Assembly: GCF_009914755.1 (NCBI RefSeq)
Contig: NC_060935.1
Length of the DNA: 64,000 bases
Source of the DNA: the human T2T-CHM13v2.0 reference genome, Homo sapiens
Direction: 5' to 3' (one strand)
Each line of letters begins with the position of its first letter. Position 1 is the first letter of the stretch. The position numbers and the translations under genes were made by a program. The notes beneath the pieces are model-generated. The model saw only the letters and a program-made list of their open reading frames with translations. It ran no database searches and was not told where the DNA came from. Of this stretch, positions 44,826 through 61,034 are shown in pieces.

Positions 44826-46387
44826 CTACTGAATCTCCAGAATGGTAGTAGGTGTTCAGTTAATTCTTATACAGTGAATGAGTGAATAAAATAAATATTC
44901 AATCAGCGTTGAATAGAAGGTCATTTGTGGACACATTAGAACCTAGAACATACCTCTTAATGACCTAGTAAAGATGCAGAATTTTGTACTAACATATCCA
45001 TTATCTTGTTCTCAATGTAGACTGAAAACAATAATAACCGTTCAGTGTAGCAGTAGAAAATATGTATATAAGTGAACCATAACTTCAGCCTTTGCTTCCT
45101 TTAACATTCCACAGTGATGTGATATATGAAAAAGAGTTTTAAATACTTAGACTGTTTGATTAAAAATGGATCTTTTTATGGGTACTGTGAGACATTACTC
45201 TATGGTGGTGTGGTAGTAGTAGTTGTTATAATCATTGCTGACTTTAGTGTTTTTCTGAGTCTTAATTCTTTAATTCCAAAGTGCTCTGAGACCACAAAAG
45301 GATGAGATCCCTGTTCTAAAAAATAATAATAAAAATAAGAAGAGATCCCTGTTCTAGAATGGGGTGAATGCTCAAGGTAATGTAATACTTCTGGGGACTT
45401 ACAGGACCAGCAGGTGATCCTCTCCTGGTACCTTGCCAGTGCAAAGCAGCCTTTTTTCAAACTTCCATGTACTCAATCAGTCTTTACTATTACAGCAGTG
45501 CAGTACAGTTTTTCTGGTGAACAAGAGAAGTGAATGGCAGGATTAGTTGTAGGCATGCTAACATTTTATTAACAGAAGACCTGTATTGGGAAGTTACATC
45601 TTTTTAGGCTGTGGTTTAGATTATCAGGTGAATGAGAATTTCCTTTAAGGAAAACACCTTACCTATGTAGACCAGACTCTGTAACACTTTTTTTTTTTTG
45701 TATTTTCTTTTGGCTACAGCACCAGGTTATGAGGCAAAATATGTATAAACTAATAATTACAGTGTTTGCTTAGTTAAGTGGTTTTATTCTGAGTATTTAA
45801 AGCTTTTTCCCCCTATATTACATCACTACAGAATGTTATGGGAAGGAAAAACTGAAGCTATGGTTGACTTATGTAGAGTTTTTGCTATAACGACTGATTA
45901 GTTACAAGATCTTTTTCAGCCAAAGTTCTTAATAAAGTATAGAGTTAAGATGTGTTAGCAGCCAAAGTATGCATATTATTAGGTCATTGTAAAATATATT
46001 CTAGAGTTTATATATCCATAATTGACCTTCTATTTTATTTAACACTGATGGAATAGTTAATGAAGTATGGGTGCTAAATAATTTTATTGATTGTATTGAA
46101 TGTTTAAGATCAATAGAATTTGTTATTTGGTAATGCAGAAATCCAAGTTTTCCATGAGTTTGGGACTCTTTAAAATATATTTAATTATATTAAATTGTTT
46201 ACAGAAGGTGTCACATATTTCTTTTTCTTATTTAGAACATACTAAACAACTTGTATCATTTATTATTAACTATTACTAATATGAAATACTTTATAATACA
46301 ATAATATTTACACATTTAGGACCTACTGAATTGGATAGGGTTCTTTGTTCTACCTAAGTGATTTCCAGGTAACTATTAATTTTGAGT

Positions 46388-46909
46388 TTCAGTTACTTAT
46401 TATCTATTACCATATAATGAACTACCCCAAAACTTACTGGCTTTAAAACAGTGACAGTTTTATTTGCTCATGATTCTGTGAGTCAGTAATTTGGTCAGGG
46501 CTTAGCTGGACAGCTCTTCTGCTGGTATCTCTTGGGATTAGTCATGCAGCTATAGTTGTTTGGGACCTTGACTGGGGCTGCCTGGTCTTAACATGGTGTC
46601 ACCTGTTAAGTTGGTCATCGGCTTCTCTGTCATTGTTGCCTCTCATCCTCAAGTTGGCTAGTTCATATTTATGTAATGCCCTCAAGGTTCCAAGAGAGGA
46701 AAGTGGGGCACTGGACTTGGAAGTTACACAGAGCTACTTTTGCCATATTCTGTTGGTCAAAGTGAGTGATAAGGGCTAACCCAGGAAGGATGGGGAACTT
46801 ACCTCTCTATCTCTGTCTCTAGGAGTGGAACAGCAAGTCAAATGGCAAGGGAAGTATGCATACAGGGATGGGAGAAATTGTTGTGGCCAACTTTGTAAAC
46901 AGTGTATCA
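46388..46909 (-). mobile_element. MLT1H-like MaLR LTR
   Basis: ctaccccaaaacttactggctttaaaaca...tttgctcatgattctgtgagtcag...tgccatattctgttggtcaaag. Confidence 0.75.
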
Positions 46910-47026
46910 TTCTTATTGATGCTTTACTTTTCCTTTGCTTTCAACTATAACTTCATTGTTATTTATATGTTTCCCTCTAGTATCTCCTGTTTTCCCTCTC
47001 CCTTCTATGCTGAATTTCCTGCTATC

Positions 47027-47337
47027 TAATAGCCTCCTCTTAACCATAGTGTCAATAGTTTTGCTTTTCCTGGTTTTAGTTACCTGTGGTACAGTACAAG
47101 AAGATGAGAGAGAAAGAGAGAGAGACCATTCATGTAACTTTTATTATAGTATATTGTAACTGTTCTATTTTTTATTATTGTAATTTCTTACTGTTCCTAA
47201 TTTATAAATTAAACTTTATCACAGGTATGTATGTATAGGAAGAAACATAGTGTATATAGGGTTTGGCATTATAAGTAGTTTCAGACATCCACTGGGGGTC
47301 TTGGAATGGATCCCCTGCGGATAAGGGGGGACTACAG
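47027..47337 (+). mobile_element. MER44A (Tigger7-related MITE)
   Basis: catccactgggggtcttggaa...gcggataaggggggactac terminus. Confidence 0.88.
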
Positions 47338-48626
47338 TCTTTTTGAAAATCCCTTAGCTTGTATTGCCAACATGATATGTAAACTAAGAACAGACTTACC
47401 TTGAGAGTAGACCTAAGATATTCTACTACAAGTTAAGTGCATGGTGGGTGTGAATTTCTCTCTCCTGCCTCTGAACCTTTTTTTTTTCTTTTGAGAAGCA
47501 AGTGCAGGGGAGAGGGTACAGTGGCTTACTCTACCCTGTTGTTTGACTATGTGTTGACGTAGTGTTTTCCAAGATATTCTTCATGTATTCCCAGAGTTTT
47601 GCAGAGCCTACCAGGAACTACTATGTAACACAGTATGAGAGGCAAATCAGGACTTTAGGGTACCTTATCCTACCTCAGGCAGAGCATTTCTGCATTCATT
47701 TGTTTTACTAAAAGTTTTGCAGGTCTGGTTTTGTTTGAGCAAAGAGTTTCTTTGCTTAAAAAACAAAACTTTAAAACTACTATTTAGATAATTGGACTTG
47801 TTGGCTGAGTTTTGGATATGTGATGTTAATTATACAGTTAAACCATAAGCACTTTAAGGTTTTATAAAAATATATTTGCCTTAAGCCATTTCTAAAATAT
47901 ATTTTCCAATTGAGGGATTTAAATGCTTTGATTTGATCAATTACTTTAAAATGATGCTTTAAAAACACATTTTAGAACACAGCAATCCAAAATTTAGAGC
48001 ATCAATTACACAAGAAGTAAAATTGTACAAAATTAAGGGCTTATTTACATCTAAGTAAGTAGTGTATGTAATAAAATAGCATAATAAAAAGGCTCTGAGT
48101 ATATTGATGGAGGCATATCATTTGGTCCAACAATGAGGGAATAGGTCTTTTTAAAAACTAACAACTTAATCTTTATCAGAAATTGCCTGTTTAAATGAAA
48201 GGTAAATAATTTGAAAAGAAAAATGTAATAAATAAGAGGGTATGTTTTTGAGAATATAAAAGTTTAAATATTAAAGTGTTTATAAATATTGCTATAAATG
48301 CATGTGTGATCCAGGGCTGAGCTCATCTGGAATCGGGAGGTAGACCAATTTCTCTATATCCCATGAATGGCTTGGGCAACTCCTTGACCATTGGGTATAC
48401 AGAATGTTAATTGATGTTGTTTGTGTGTCTCTTGTAGTTCTCTTGACCTACAAAGAATCAAGGTGTAGAAGTTATATATTTGAAGGGCTGGGTTTGTGGA
48501 AAAATGATCAGTGTTTTATAAATCTAGGAATTATGAATATAATTTAGAGAAAGGCAAATTTCAGTACAATAATGAGAACTGACCAAAAATGGATTTCAAA
48601 TAGAACTGTTCTAAAAAGGGATTTGG

Positions 48627-48920
48627 GGCCGGGTGCGGTGGCTCCTGCCTGTAATCTCAGCACTTTGGGAGGCTGAGGTGGGCAGATCACCTGAGGATGG
48701 GAGTTCAAGATCAGCGTTACCAACATAGAGAAACCCCGTCTCTGCTAAATATGCAAAGTTAGTTCGGCGTGGCGGCTCATGCCTGTAATCCCAGCTACTC
48801 GGGAGCCTGAGGCAGGAGAATCGCTTGAACCAGGGAGGTGGAGGTTGCGTGAGTCGAGATCGTGCCATTGCACTCCAGCCTGGGCAACAAGAGTGAAACT
48901 CTGTCTCAAAAAAAAAAAAA
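48627..48920 (+). mobile_element. AluSp
   Basis: accaacatagagaaacccc and gcaacaagagtgaaact diagnostics. Confidence 0.94.
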
Positions 48921-48959
48921 GAAGGTTGGGGTGGTGGGTTTGGTTGCCTGGTAAAGTTG

Positions 48960-49097
48960 AGAATTTCCTATTCTAGGAGATGTTTAAACAAAAGCTAGAC
49001 AGTGATCTTTTAGGATCATTGCAGAGGGGATTCATGTCATGGAGAAGAGGATGGATTAGATAGTTCTCAGGCCTTTTTCAGTGCTTAAGATTGTATG
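48960..49097 (+). mobile_element. L3/CR1- or MIR3-like 3' end
   Basis: atggattagatagttctcaggcctttttcagtgcttaagattgtatga tail. Confidence 0.4.
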
Positions 49098-49128
49098 AGT
49101 GTTCCAAGTCTTTAAGCTTCTTCTAGGG

Positions 49129-49370
49129 CAGTAATTCCAACTGGGGGCAATTTTGTACATCTTCCTAAAGACATTTGGCTATGTTTGGAGGCATTTTTAG
49201 TTGTCGTCATTGGTGGGGATGGCAGAGGGGTGCTGTCTAGGTAAAGGCCAGCGATGCTACTAAACATCCTATAATACAAGACAGCCCTTCTTCCCTGCCA
49301 TGAGCCCCACCCAGACAACAAATAATTTATCCACCCCCAAATCTCACTAGTGTCAGTGTTAAAAAACTCT
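49129..49370 (+). mobile_element. MER20
   Basis: aactgggggcaattttg...ggccagcgatgctactaaacatcctataat. Confidence 0.85.
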
Positions 49371-49802
49371 AGGGATTTAACTTAGAAGTGGGCCCTTTGA
49401 TCTTTAAAACTTATCTGGGCCTGAAGTTATTAGGCCAGATAATACTGGCCTTTGGCAAAGGTATGAAGTAGGAAACACTTACTTTGAACAGATTCTTGCC
49501 ATATTTGTAACATCATCACTTCCATTGCCCTCATGCTCTGTACCACCCCTCTAGACCTATCCTCACTAATGATTCTTGGTCTCATCAGGCTTAGCTCCCT
49601 TGGGCTCTATTTCTTTAACATCTACTATCTGTTACCTAGATAATCTGAAAAATGAATATACCAGCTGATATTGCTTTAGTAGTTTTTCCTTATGGTGATA
49701 ATGCCTAAATCCCCTTTTCTGTCACAGTGATTCATGGTAATCCTGTTGGAGCCATTCATGATTCCAAGCCGTCAACTCACAGGGCTATAAAAATGTGCTG
49801 TA

Positions 49803-50114
<312 letters not shown>

Positions 50115-50365
50115 TCATTCACATAAAACATATATGCATACTTTATTAAAGCAAGACAATATGATTCTTGTCTAATATCTATTCAAAATTATTTAAATAA
50201 AATTAAAACATTAGAAATATTTACATGCATTTATATGTAGCTAATTAGAGCTAACAACTCAGAGGTAGATTAGAATTTCAATAGAAGCAGTTTGAGTACT
50301 GGAAATTATCAATACTGAGAATGGTCTACAATCATCTGGGTAGAAATCACCTAAATTTTGGAGGT

Positions 50366-50853
50366 CGTATTATTAATCTACCAAGGCTACCGTAACAAAA
50401 TACTACAGACTAGATGGCTTATTCAATAGAAATTTGTTTTCTCAAAGTTCTGGAGGCTACAAGTCTAAGATCAAGGTGCTGTCAGGGTTGGTTTCTGGTG
50501 AGACCTCTTTTTTTGGCTTATGGACAGCAGCCTTCTTGGTATTTCCTTACATGGGCTTTCCTCTGTGCATGTGGTCAGGGGGTGGTGGCGGGGCTGGGGG
50601 GAGAGAGCCAGGGAGAGTGAGAGAGTGAGAGCGAAAGAGCGAGCAAGGAGCAAGCATGTGAGTAAGTGAGAGCTCTCTCTGGTGTTGCTTCCACTTCTTA
50701 TACAGACACCAATCTTACTGGATTAGGGCCTAACCCTTAAGACCTCATTTAACCTGAGTTACTTTCCTAACAGCCATCTCTTCAAATACAGGTGCATTGG
50801 GGATTAGGGCTTTAACATATGAATTTTTGGGGGACACAATCAGTTTTATAACA
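50366..50853 (-). mobile_element. MLT1A/B-like MaLR LTR
   Basis: agttctggaggctacaagtctaagatcaaggtg...aacatatgaatttttgggggacacaatcag. Confidence 0.85.
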
Positions 50854-53038
50854 TGAGGTAACTGACCATAAGTTTTACATGAAATAATCAGACAATAGTT
50901 TTCTGTTGAAACTTAGTTGGCATAAGTAAACTGCTCTGATGTGTTTTGTGGTTTAGTGTCATAACAATCCAAAGTGAAATTCATGTCACTATATTATTAT
51001 AGATAATATGCAAACTTTTCTTCTAGTCATTCATGCTGTAGTCACTACTAAGTATTGAGTGTATAAAATTGGATAATTTATTTTTGCTCAGATAGGTCTC
51101 AATAAAAAAGCATGTAAATGTCTAGGTTCTCATGAAATTTTTGAAGCAGAGTAATTAGCAATACTTTAATGTTTAGTTTTCATTAACAACTGGTCATTTT
51201 ACCCACTTTCCTTTATATAAAAATGAAATCATGCTCCACAAATGCCGGTTTATAATTTGGCTCCTAACTTGATTAAGATGAAGGAATGTATGCTTAGGAT
51301 AGCTCAGACACTGAGATATTGTATACCAGGAACCACCTGCTTTCCTTAGGGCATTTTCTGTTAAAATATTAATCAAACTATTTGTTATTAAAGACAGAAT
51401 TTCCATGTGAAGATTTTGGCTGACATATATAAACATACCTCATTTTTGCCAAGTCCTATATTTAACACACTAAAAAGAGTACATTTAGAAATACTCTTCA
51501 GGATTTGTAGCTTCCATCCTAAATTAGTCTGGCTTATTGTTACTAATTAAATTTTGAAGACTGAGAAGGCCAGGTCATATCACTTTCAAAGTGCTTTGGA
51601 TATTGCGAGAACTTAGTTTTTGAGGTTATTACCCTGTTTCACTCCAGATCTTCCTGGCATGACAATATGGAGTTGTTCTACTCTGCTAAGATACTGCTTG
51701 TTCATCTCATTTCTAACTTTGTGGGTGGAGACAGCAATGGTATTTAGACATCGTGTTTTAGAAATATCCCAGAGAGAATGTTCTACATGTTTTGGTGTGT
51801 AGAATTTTATTTCGAGAAGACTCTAGCTTGCTTTCTAACCTGTAAGATATTTTTAAAAGTAGACACTTAAAAAATCTGAGAGTTGGATAAGAGGTATGCC
51901 TATAACTTATATGAGTGATTAAAAAGAATTTTTAAAAATCTTAACCATGAAATCTATGTCCAATATGTCTATATGTTTAATAACCTACATTTTCAAGGTA
52001 GTTCGTTGGAATAAAACCTAGAATAAATATACATCCATGTTACTGCTATTTTAAAATAAAAATTAATGCGGATGTATTCACAAAATAAAACAGGAGAAGT
52101 AAGCTAAACCTCGTTGCTATGCTATTGCTACTAAAAAAAAGACTGGAAACATTAAGAATGCTGTTGTCATAAAGTTTAAGGTAATTTGTTCAATTCTTCC
52201 CATGCCTTTTAATGACATCTTCTGGAGAAAAAAGATTGAGAAGAAAAACCAAAACTAGTTTTTCTTTTTGTGACAATTTCTACTGGAATTGATGATTATC
52301 AGGTTGTGAACATAATTGAGGGGCTAAAATACCATATGAGGATTGCATTCTTCATTCTGAAACCTGTTAGTCTTCTTAGATGCAGGCATTATGAAAAAAC
52401 CAGCTAAAGTGGAGACTAGACTCAGATTTTTATAGTATATTATTTTGGGTTTATTTAGAAAGTTCAGTGAATACTTCCTTTGGTAAGAGGATTCCAAAGG
52501 GGAATTGTGCACGTAAACCTATTTATTTATACATACATGCTAAATATTGACACCATCGTTGTTAGAGTAATGTTATTTTAGGGGTTAAAGTTTGTATAAA
52601 CATTTCCAGATTTTAATTCCTAAAATTATGGTTTTGCCTGTAGACAGACACTGATTGCCTGTTGTGTTTTAGGTTATATGGACTAGATTCATTCTTGATG
52701 CTCTCTGTACACAAATTTTGTGTAAGATCTTAACCACATGCAACTAGAATACAAAATAAAAGAGAGATTTCCATGATAGAGGTAACGTCTGGTCTATAAA
52801 TTTCTTTCTTCTATCACTTTGGAATTCATAACTAAGAGCTGATCCTGGATAAATGTGATTTTACAGTTTCACTAGATTTTCATCCCTATGTTTATTATCA
52901 AAATCATTTTTACTGTTGAAACAAAGCTAGCTCAGCATTTAAGTTTTTACTAATTGCTCTAGACTCACTGGATATTGAACAAAGTTGGCTGAATTTTTAA
53001 AAATATTAAAATTTCAGCCAATATTAAAATTGGGCTGG

Positions 53039-53328
53039 GGCCCGGCACCGTGGTACACACCTGTAATCCCAGAACTTTGGGAGGCCGAGGTGGGCGGATT
53101 GTGAGGTCAGGAGATCGAGACCATCGAAACCCCGTCTCTACTAAAAATACAAAAAAATTAGCCAGGCGGTGGTGGGCGCCTGTAATCCCAGCTACTCAGG
53201 AGGCTGAGGCAGGAGAATGGCGTGAACCCGGGGGGCGGAGCTTGCAGTGAGCCGAGATAGCGCCACTGCAGTCCGGCCTGGGCGAAAGAGCGAGACTCTG
53301 TCTCAAAAAAAAAAAAAAAAAAAAAAAA
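53039..53328 (+). mobile_element. AluY-lineage element (Ye/Yf-like) with an internal deletion
   Basis: gatagcgccactgcagtccggcctgggcgaaagagc. Confidence 0.92.
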
Positions 53329-53336
53329 TTATTGCT

Positions 53337-53957
<621 letters not shown>

Positions 53958-54267
53958 TCACTGTTGATTATTGTTATATCACTCTCTAATCTATAAACTG
54001 TTAAAATACTTTTGTAAGTATTTTGCAAAACTCTATTCAACATCGTTACATCTTGTAGTGATAGACTGGATTGCTGAGTTTGTCATGCTAATTGGAGAGG
54101 GGGACAAAAGCACAGAAAATGAAGTTTCTTAAGGTTACACAACACAATTGATAGGTTATGGTCAGTTGTTTCCTTGCTATAATAAGCATAGGAAGCTTGA
54201 AAGGAAAAAATCTTGTGTGTAGATTAATTTGGAAAGACATAATCGAGAAGTCTATATTCTGCAGTAA

Positions 54268-54593
<326 letters not shown>

Positions 54594-54694
54594 TGAAAAG
54601 CACTTCTACAGTTCATCTGATTCAGAATTTAAGTGCATACACTCATTGCGCTTTAAGTCTTCATTTAACTGCATTAGAAAAAAAACCCCAAAAA

Positions 54695-55140
<446 letters not shown>

Positions 55141-56325
55141 TCAAATGAATTTTGGAATGACCATATGCCCAGGGAACTGGTAGATGGCTTGAGGTTGGGC
55201 AACAGGGCAGACTATTTGGGAGAACTAAGTGTTACTCTGTTATACTAATATGTGAGTAACGTACTCATGTGCTGTAATTAAAACAAGTAAAGAGATTATA
55301 TGTCCTACTTGTTGTTGATGGGTGCTTTTTCTTGAATTATGTATTGGGATTAAACTGGCTATCAATATACACTTAAAAAAATGTGGAACTCAGTTAGAGG
55401 GCCACTGTTGGCCTTTTGTCCACAAAACCTTGTAGTTTAGTGAAGTAGTGAGTGAGTGCTATCTTATTGGCCACCTTAGTGAACAATAATCTTCATTCTA
55501 GTGATCTTTCTTAGCTTTTGTCAAATGACAGAAATCTGAATTGCCATATTGGTATGTGCTGTTTGTTATGTGGCCTTGCTGTGACCTTTCTAAAGTAATC
55601 TAGAAGCTCTTATTTATTTATTTTTTTAATGTCTCAGGAGGAAAAACATAATATCACCTTAAGCCTGGTTCTTATTCTTACTTGAGGTTAATGGGAATAC
55701 CACCCTTTGGATGAAAATACTGAACTTACTACAAATTGTTCATTTATAACAAGCAGACTTCACATAGATGACCTGTCTACTTTGCCCTACTGAAAACATA
55801 ATATTTTTTCAGCTGTAACTTTGCCCTGAGTTCATATAGCACCTTTCTTCTCCTTCTCCGTATGCTGAATGACATGTGAGTTTTTTTTTTTTTTTTCTGA
55901 ATTTGAAAAAGTAACATGTTTGGCAGCATTAGGATAAAGAATGATCTCTTGTAAGTTTATATAAACACATTGAAAAGCTTACTCATGCAGTTTATCCTCT
56001 CATCTTACTATATATGTAAACAAGTGAGGTTTTAGTTTTTGTTCATAATATTTAGATTATTTATTTTGGAAATTTAAAAATTATGCTTCTTACATTGCTG
56101 TTCTTCACTAGAATAAATAAGGATTATGGAATTTTCCTGTCACCTTTTCTTAAATCTTGTTCATTGTATAGGTAACGAGCTTCTTAACACAGACTATATT
56201 TTAACTTACTGTTTCATCTACTATACATGAAAATAGTATGAAAATTTCATAATGAAATTGAATGAAATTTGTAAATGCTATAAATCTTTAATGGGATTTT
56301 TAAAAGTACTTGAGAGAAATCCATG

Positions 56326-56542
56326 ACAGCTCATGGGCTTTGGAATCTTACCTGGTTTCAAAACCTGGCTCAATCGCCTAACTATCTATGTCTCTCTAAA
56401 TCTCATCTCTAAAGTAGGGGTAATGATCCCTACATCGCAGGGGTGTTTTGAGCATTACATGAAACAGTGTATGTTAAGGACTTCATATAACATGTAACAT
56501 ATGGTGACCATTCAATAACATCTGCAATTTATGAAGTTATTA
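56326..56542 (+). mobile_element. MIR
   Basis: gggctttggaatc...ctcatctctaaagtaggggtaatgat...ttcaataaca. Confidence 0.65.
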
Positions 56543-56844
56543 CTCTATAATTATTATTATTATGCTGAACTCTGAGATTCTCCTCACTCCCTTTTTTACA
56601 AGGACAGACACATCTTGTAAAAAAAAAAGTCATTATCATTAAAAATGCAATTCAAAATAAACAAGAAAAGAATTAATGTGGACAGGAAGAGTGAGGAACT
56701 AAAAGGAGCCATGGGAGAGTTTAAAGATGGATAGTTAGTGAAGGCAAATTTCTTTTTACCTTTGGAAGCATTAGGGGGATTACTCCTACTTTGGAAGCTC
56801 AGTAGTCACTAAACCAACATTATTAAGAATAAAGTACTTTTTAG

Positions 56845-57032
56845 AGGCAGAGGGGTATAATTGAAAGCTTCAGTTTGAAGTCAGACAGTCCTGGCTTTGA
56901 GTCTTGCTTCAGCTACTTAAATATTCTGTGATTTTAGGTGAGTACCCTAACTTTTGAGTCCAATTGCCTTATCTTTAAAGTAGGAATGGTAAAAACTTGT
57001 CTAGTGCCTGGCACCATTAATAATTTATTATT
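56845..57032 (+). mobile_element. MIR
   Basis: agtcagacagtcctggctttgagtcttgcttcagctactta...ccttatctttaaagtagg. Confidence 0.65.
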
Positions 57033-57881
57033 ATGAATATTGTTTTATTCCTCCTCTTTTCTTTTTCTCCATGTTCATTGGTTACTTTAAAAAGAAATTT
57101 GCCTTTATTAACTATCCATCTTTAAACTCTCCCATGGCTCCTTTTAGTTCCTCACTCTTCCTGTCCACAGTAATTCTTTTCTTGTTTATTTTGAATTGCA
57201 TTTTTAATTATAATGACTTACAATGACCAATTAATTGACCATAAAATAGAGGAACCATGGGAAAGAAAAGATGCAGCTGAATGTCTTGGTAAATTGTAAA
57301 CCTAAATCATTAGCTAACCTTTACTTCCAATAAACTGCATTTCCTTTACATGGTAAATAGAGATGTGAATAAAATGTTTTGGGTGTTTAATGATGATGTC
57401 TAATTAGCTTTTATAGTCCCAGCTCTGAGAGTATACTTGAATTAGTATTCTGTTTCATGAATGATTTCTTGTCTTGATTGTTATTTGACCATTGAATTTT
57501 CTTTTATATTTTAAATAAAGGCTGGATTTTTCCATATGTAAATCTCTATCTGTAATCTTTCAAGTAGCAAGTTATTTTAAACTGTTTATTTTTAAAAATC
57601 TGTCAGCGGAATTAGAATTTTGTTGTAATAAGGACTCTAACTTCCAGGATATAGTTAATATTACTTACTGAGTATTGAAAACTTTACTTTAAATTGTCCT
57701 GTTTTTACAGAAGACAAGATGCAACTACAAATAATGTACTTACTATAAAAGGACAGGATAGCATATAGGCTGTACTTCACCCAGCCACTCTAACATATCT
57801 GCTTCTACAAATGGAATATTTAAAGGTTAATGTGTTGCCAGACTCTGTTTAGTGGCCTTGAAGGTATAAATCAAGAATGGT

Positions 57882-58323
<442 letters not shown>

Positions 58324-60454
58324 TTATTCTATATTATTATAATATTATATATTAGTTACAATATGCATTGAAATGTTTCTTCTACACTGAAAAAAATTGA
58401 CTTATGGAATGATAGAACTTTGAAGTTCTGAAGTATCTTAGGGATTAATGTAACTTCTTTTTATGGGTGAAAAATTAAGGTTTAAAGAATTACAGTGATT
58501 TCATCAAGTTTACAGTCTTAACCTGGAGACCCAGGACTTCTTTCTTACTTCTAGTCTGGCATTTTTGGCTCTAAATGCTCTTTAAGATTTTTATACTTTC
58601 CCTGTATTTGTTTTATCAAGGAATAGAAACATAAAAAAAAATTAGGTAAAGCTGCTAATCCAACACAAATGAACTAATTAAAAAAATGGACTGTATATTA
58701 TGGGAGATTTTAATTAAACAATGATTTAAAAAATTTGTTATATGACAATACATAGCTATTTAACTTTAGGATAGTGTTGCTTAAAATTACATATAAGACA
58801 AGTAAATATTATGATAATGATATGTTGCATATATTTTGACTTTGAACACACATTGTAAATTATAATAATACTTACTTGTTCAGTAAGAGCTGTATTCACA
58901 AAGAGACCATGCAATAGTCTGTTTTCAGAAAAGTTGAAGATGCTTAGCAGAGTCTAAAGTTTAGTCTTTTAAAAAAGTATATGAATGGGAGTACTGTTTA
59001 GTTTCTTTGACAGATGGTTTCTTTAAATAGAAACTAACATTATAAAAACTCTTATTATCAATAACGTATCTACGTATGTGGTTCTAAAAGACTCTGCCCT
59101 CTGGGACTTTGTGTTCTAAGTAAGTAAGAGTTATAAAGAAAGTATACAAACAACACCAAAACCATTGCTTAAATGTATTAAATAATTAAAATAACAATAT
59201 AATCAGATGTTTTGGTGAGTGCCACCTATAGGATGAAGTGTAAATACTTCTATCCTATTGTGTTCTATTGGAATATGCCTGCATTTCCACCAAACTATGT
59301 TCTTCAGGGCAACAAGAATCAAGTATTAGGTAGTTATTTTCCCCTAGTGTGCTGGGACTATAGCAGATATGGAATAAATAAATGAAGGAGGGTGAGAATT
59401 TGTGGTTCCTTGTCTTTTCTGTTTTATTCAAGATCATGAAGGCTCCTGAATCCGGAGCTTACCTTTCTACATCTGTCTCCTTTCAAGTTGCAGAGTTATA
59501 AAATATTAGAAACACATGACACCAGATTAATTTTTGTTGAATGGATAGGTAGAAACATGTCTAAAATATGAATGAAGTACAGACGGCGCAAGAGGAAGCG
59601 TATTGCTCTTCTTGAGAAGAGCAATGAGTGTCAGTATTTATCTGAGTCATGGAAGGAAGAGGATCTTAATGAATACGGGGGGAGATGAGTTTGGTGAATA
59701 GTGAAGGCTAGCTAGGTTCACTACTCACTAAGCACCAATGTCTTTGGAGATACTCAAGAAGGAATGGCCACAGGCACTGTGATCAGGTGCAAAAATCAAA
59801 TAATCAAATACACTAATGAAAAGCAGAAGAGTTCTGTGGTGGGAAATAGTTAAATGTACCATGTGTTCAGTTCTCTAGTAGAATTTAAAATGGATATATG
59901 TTTTAACCACTTGCAGGCTTAAATAGTAAAAACAGCTTTCTTTAACAGGCTGTGTTTACCTTCAGTCATGTTCACATTTTTGATATTTCTGATTATTTTA
60001 AGGACTTCCTATATTGTGATTTTGTTTCTTTGCTACTGCTTGTGAGGCATAGTTTTCGTGTAATTCTACATGACATAGTGATGACAGAATAGTACAGTTT
60101 TTCTTGAAAGTTTTGTAAGACCTATAACAGGAAACAATATATTGTAAATCTGTCATTTCCTACAAAGTCTTTGCAGAGAGAAAACACTATTTTCCAGCTG
60201 AATGAACTTTATTTGCACATTATTTGTTATACTTTCTGTACCCTCATGTTATATTGGCTTAATACATTTTGACGTTTCTTTTATGTGTTTGCTTTTATTT
60301 AACCATCCATATTTTTGTTGATAATAAAATTCCATGTTTTCATATAAATATATTCAGTTTCAAAAAAACAAAATGGTTTCTAAAAGGCCATTAACCCAAC
60401 TAAAAATAAAGCATACGAAAAAGTAGTTTAACCAACCAACCAGCCAACCAAAAA

Positions 60455-61030
60455 AACAAACAAAAGGATTATAAACCTGGGAGGCTCAGCTTCACTAATA
60501 AGAGAGATGTAACTATAATATGAAATAATATTTCTTTCACCCATCAGACTGGCAAGGATAAAACAGTTTGATAAAACACAGTTTTTATGGGTATAGGAAA
60601 ATAACTAGTGTAAGGGAATAGCTACTTTCATATGCTGTTGTGGGGAGTATATATTGGTATAGTTTTCTTTGGAGGTCAATTTGGCAATATTTGTCAAAAT
60701 TAAAAATGTACTTGTCCTTTGACAAGAATTCACCTCCAGAGATGTTTACAAAGTATGCTTTGGTATTTAGAAATGTTTATTGCATCCACTCTGATTCATA
60801 GGAGACTTTAAATAAACTTCAGCATATCCATATGTGTATGCTTTGTGTATGTAAAATTGAAAAGTATATGTCTTTAAGACAATGTCTTTATTTGATGTGT
60901 ATCTATGTACAAAGGTATGTACATACTCATACAACATTCTATAAAAGTCCAAAAGTCTTAGAAGGGAACTTTCTTTTTGTTGTTATTCTGTTTGAATTTT
61001 TGTTTTTATCATGTACATGCATTACTTTTT
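60455..61030 (+). mobile_element. L1ME-like fragment
   Basis: ttcacccatcagactggcaag...tttggaggtcaatttggcaata. Confidence 0.65.
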
Positions 61031-61034
61031 TTGT

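Noticed and set aside
56920-56943. AG|GTGAGT recursive-site motif
   Set aside because: Decayed MIR core with a poor pyrimidine tract.
57711-57825. 115-nt exon candidate
   Set aside because: Good acceptor but weak gttaat donor; no other support.
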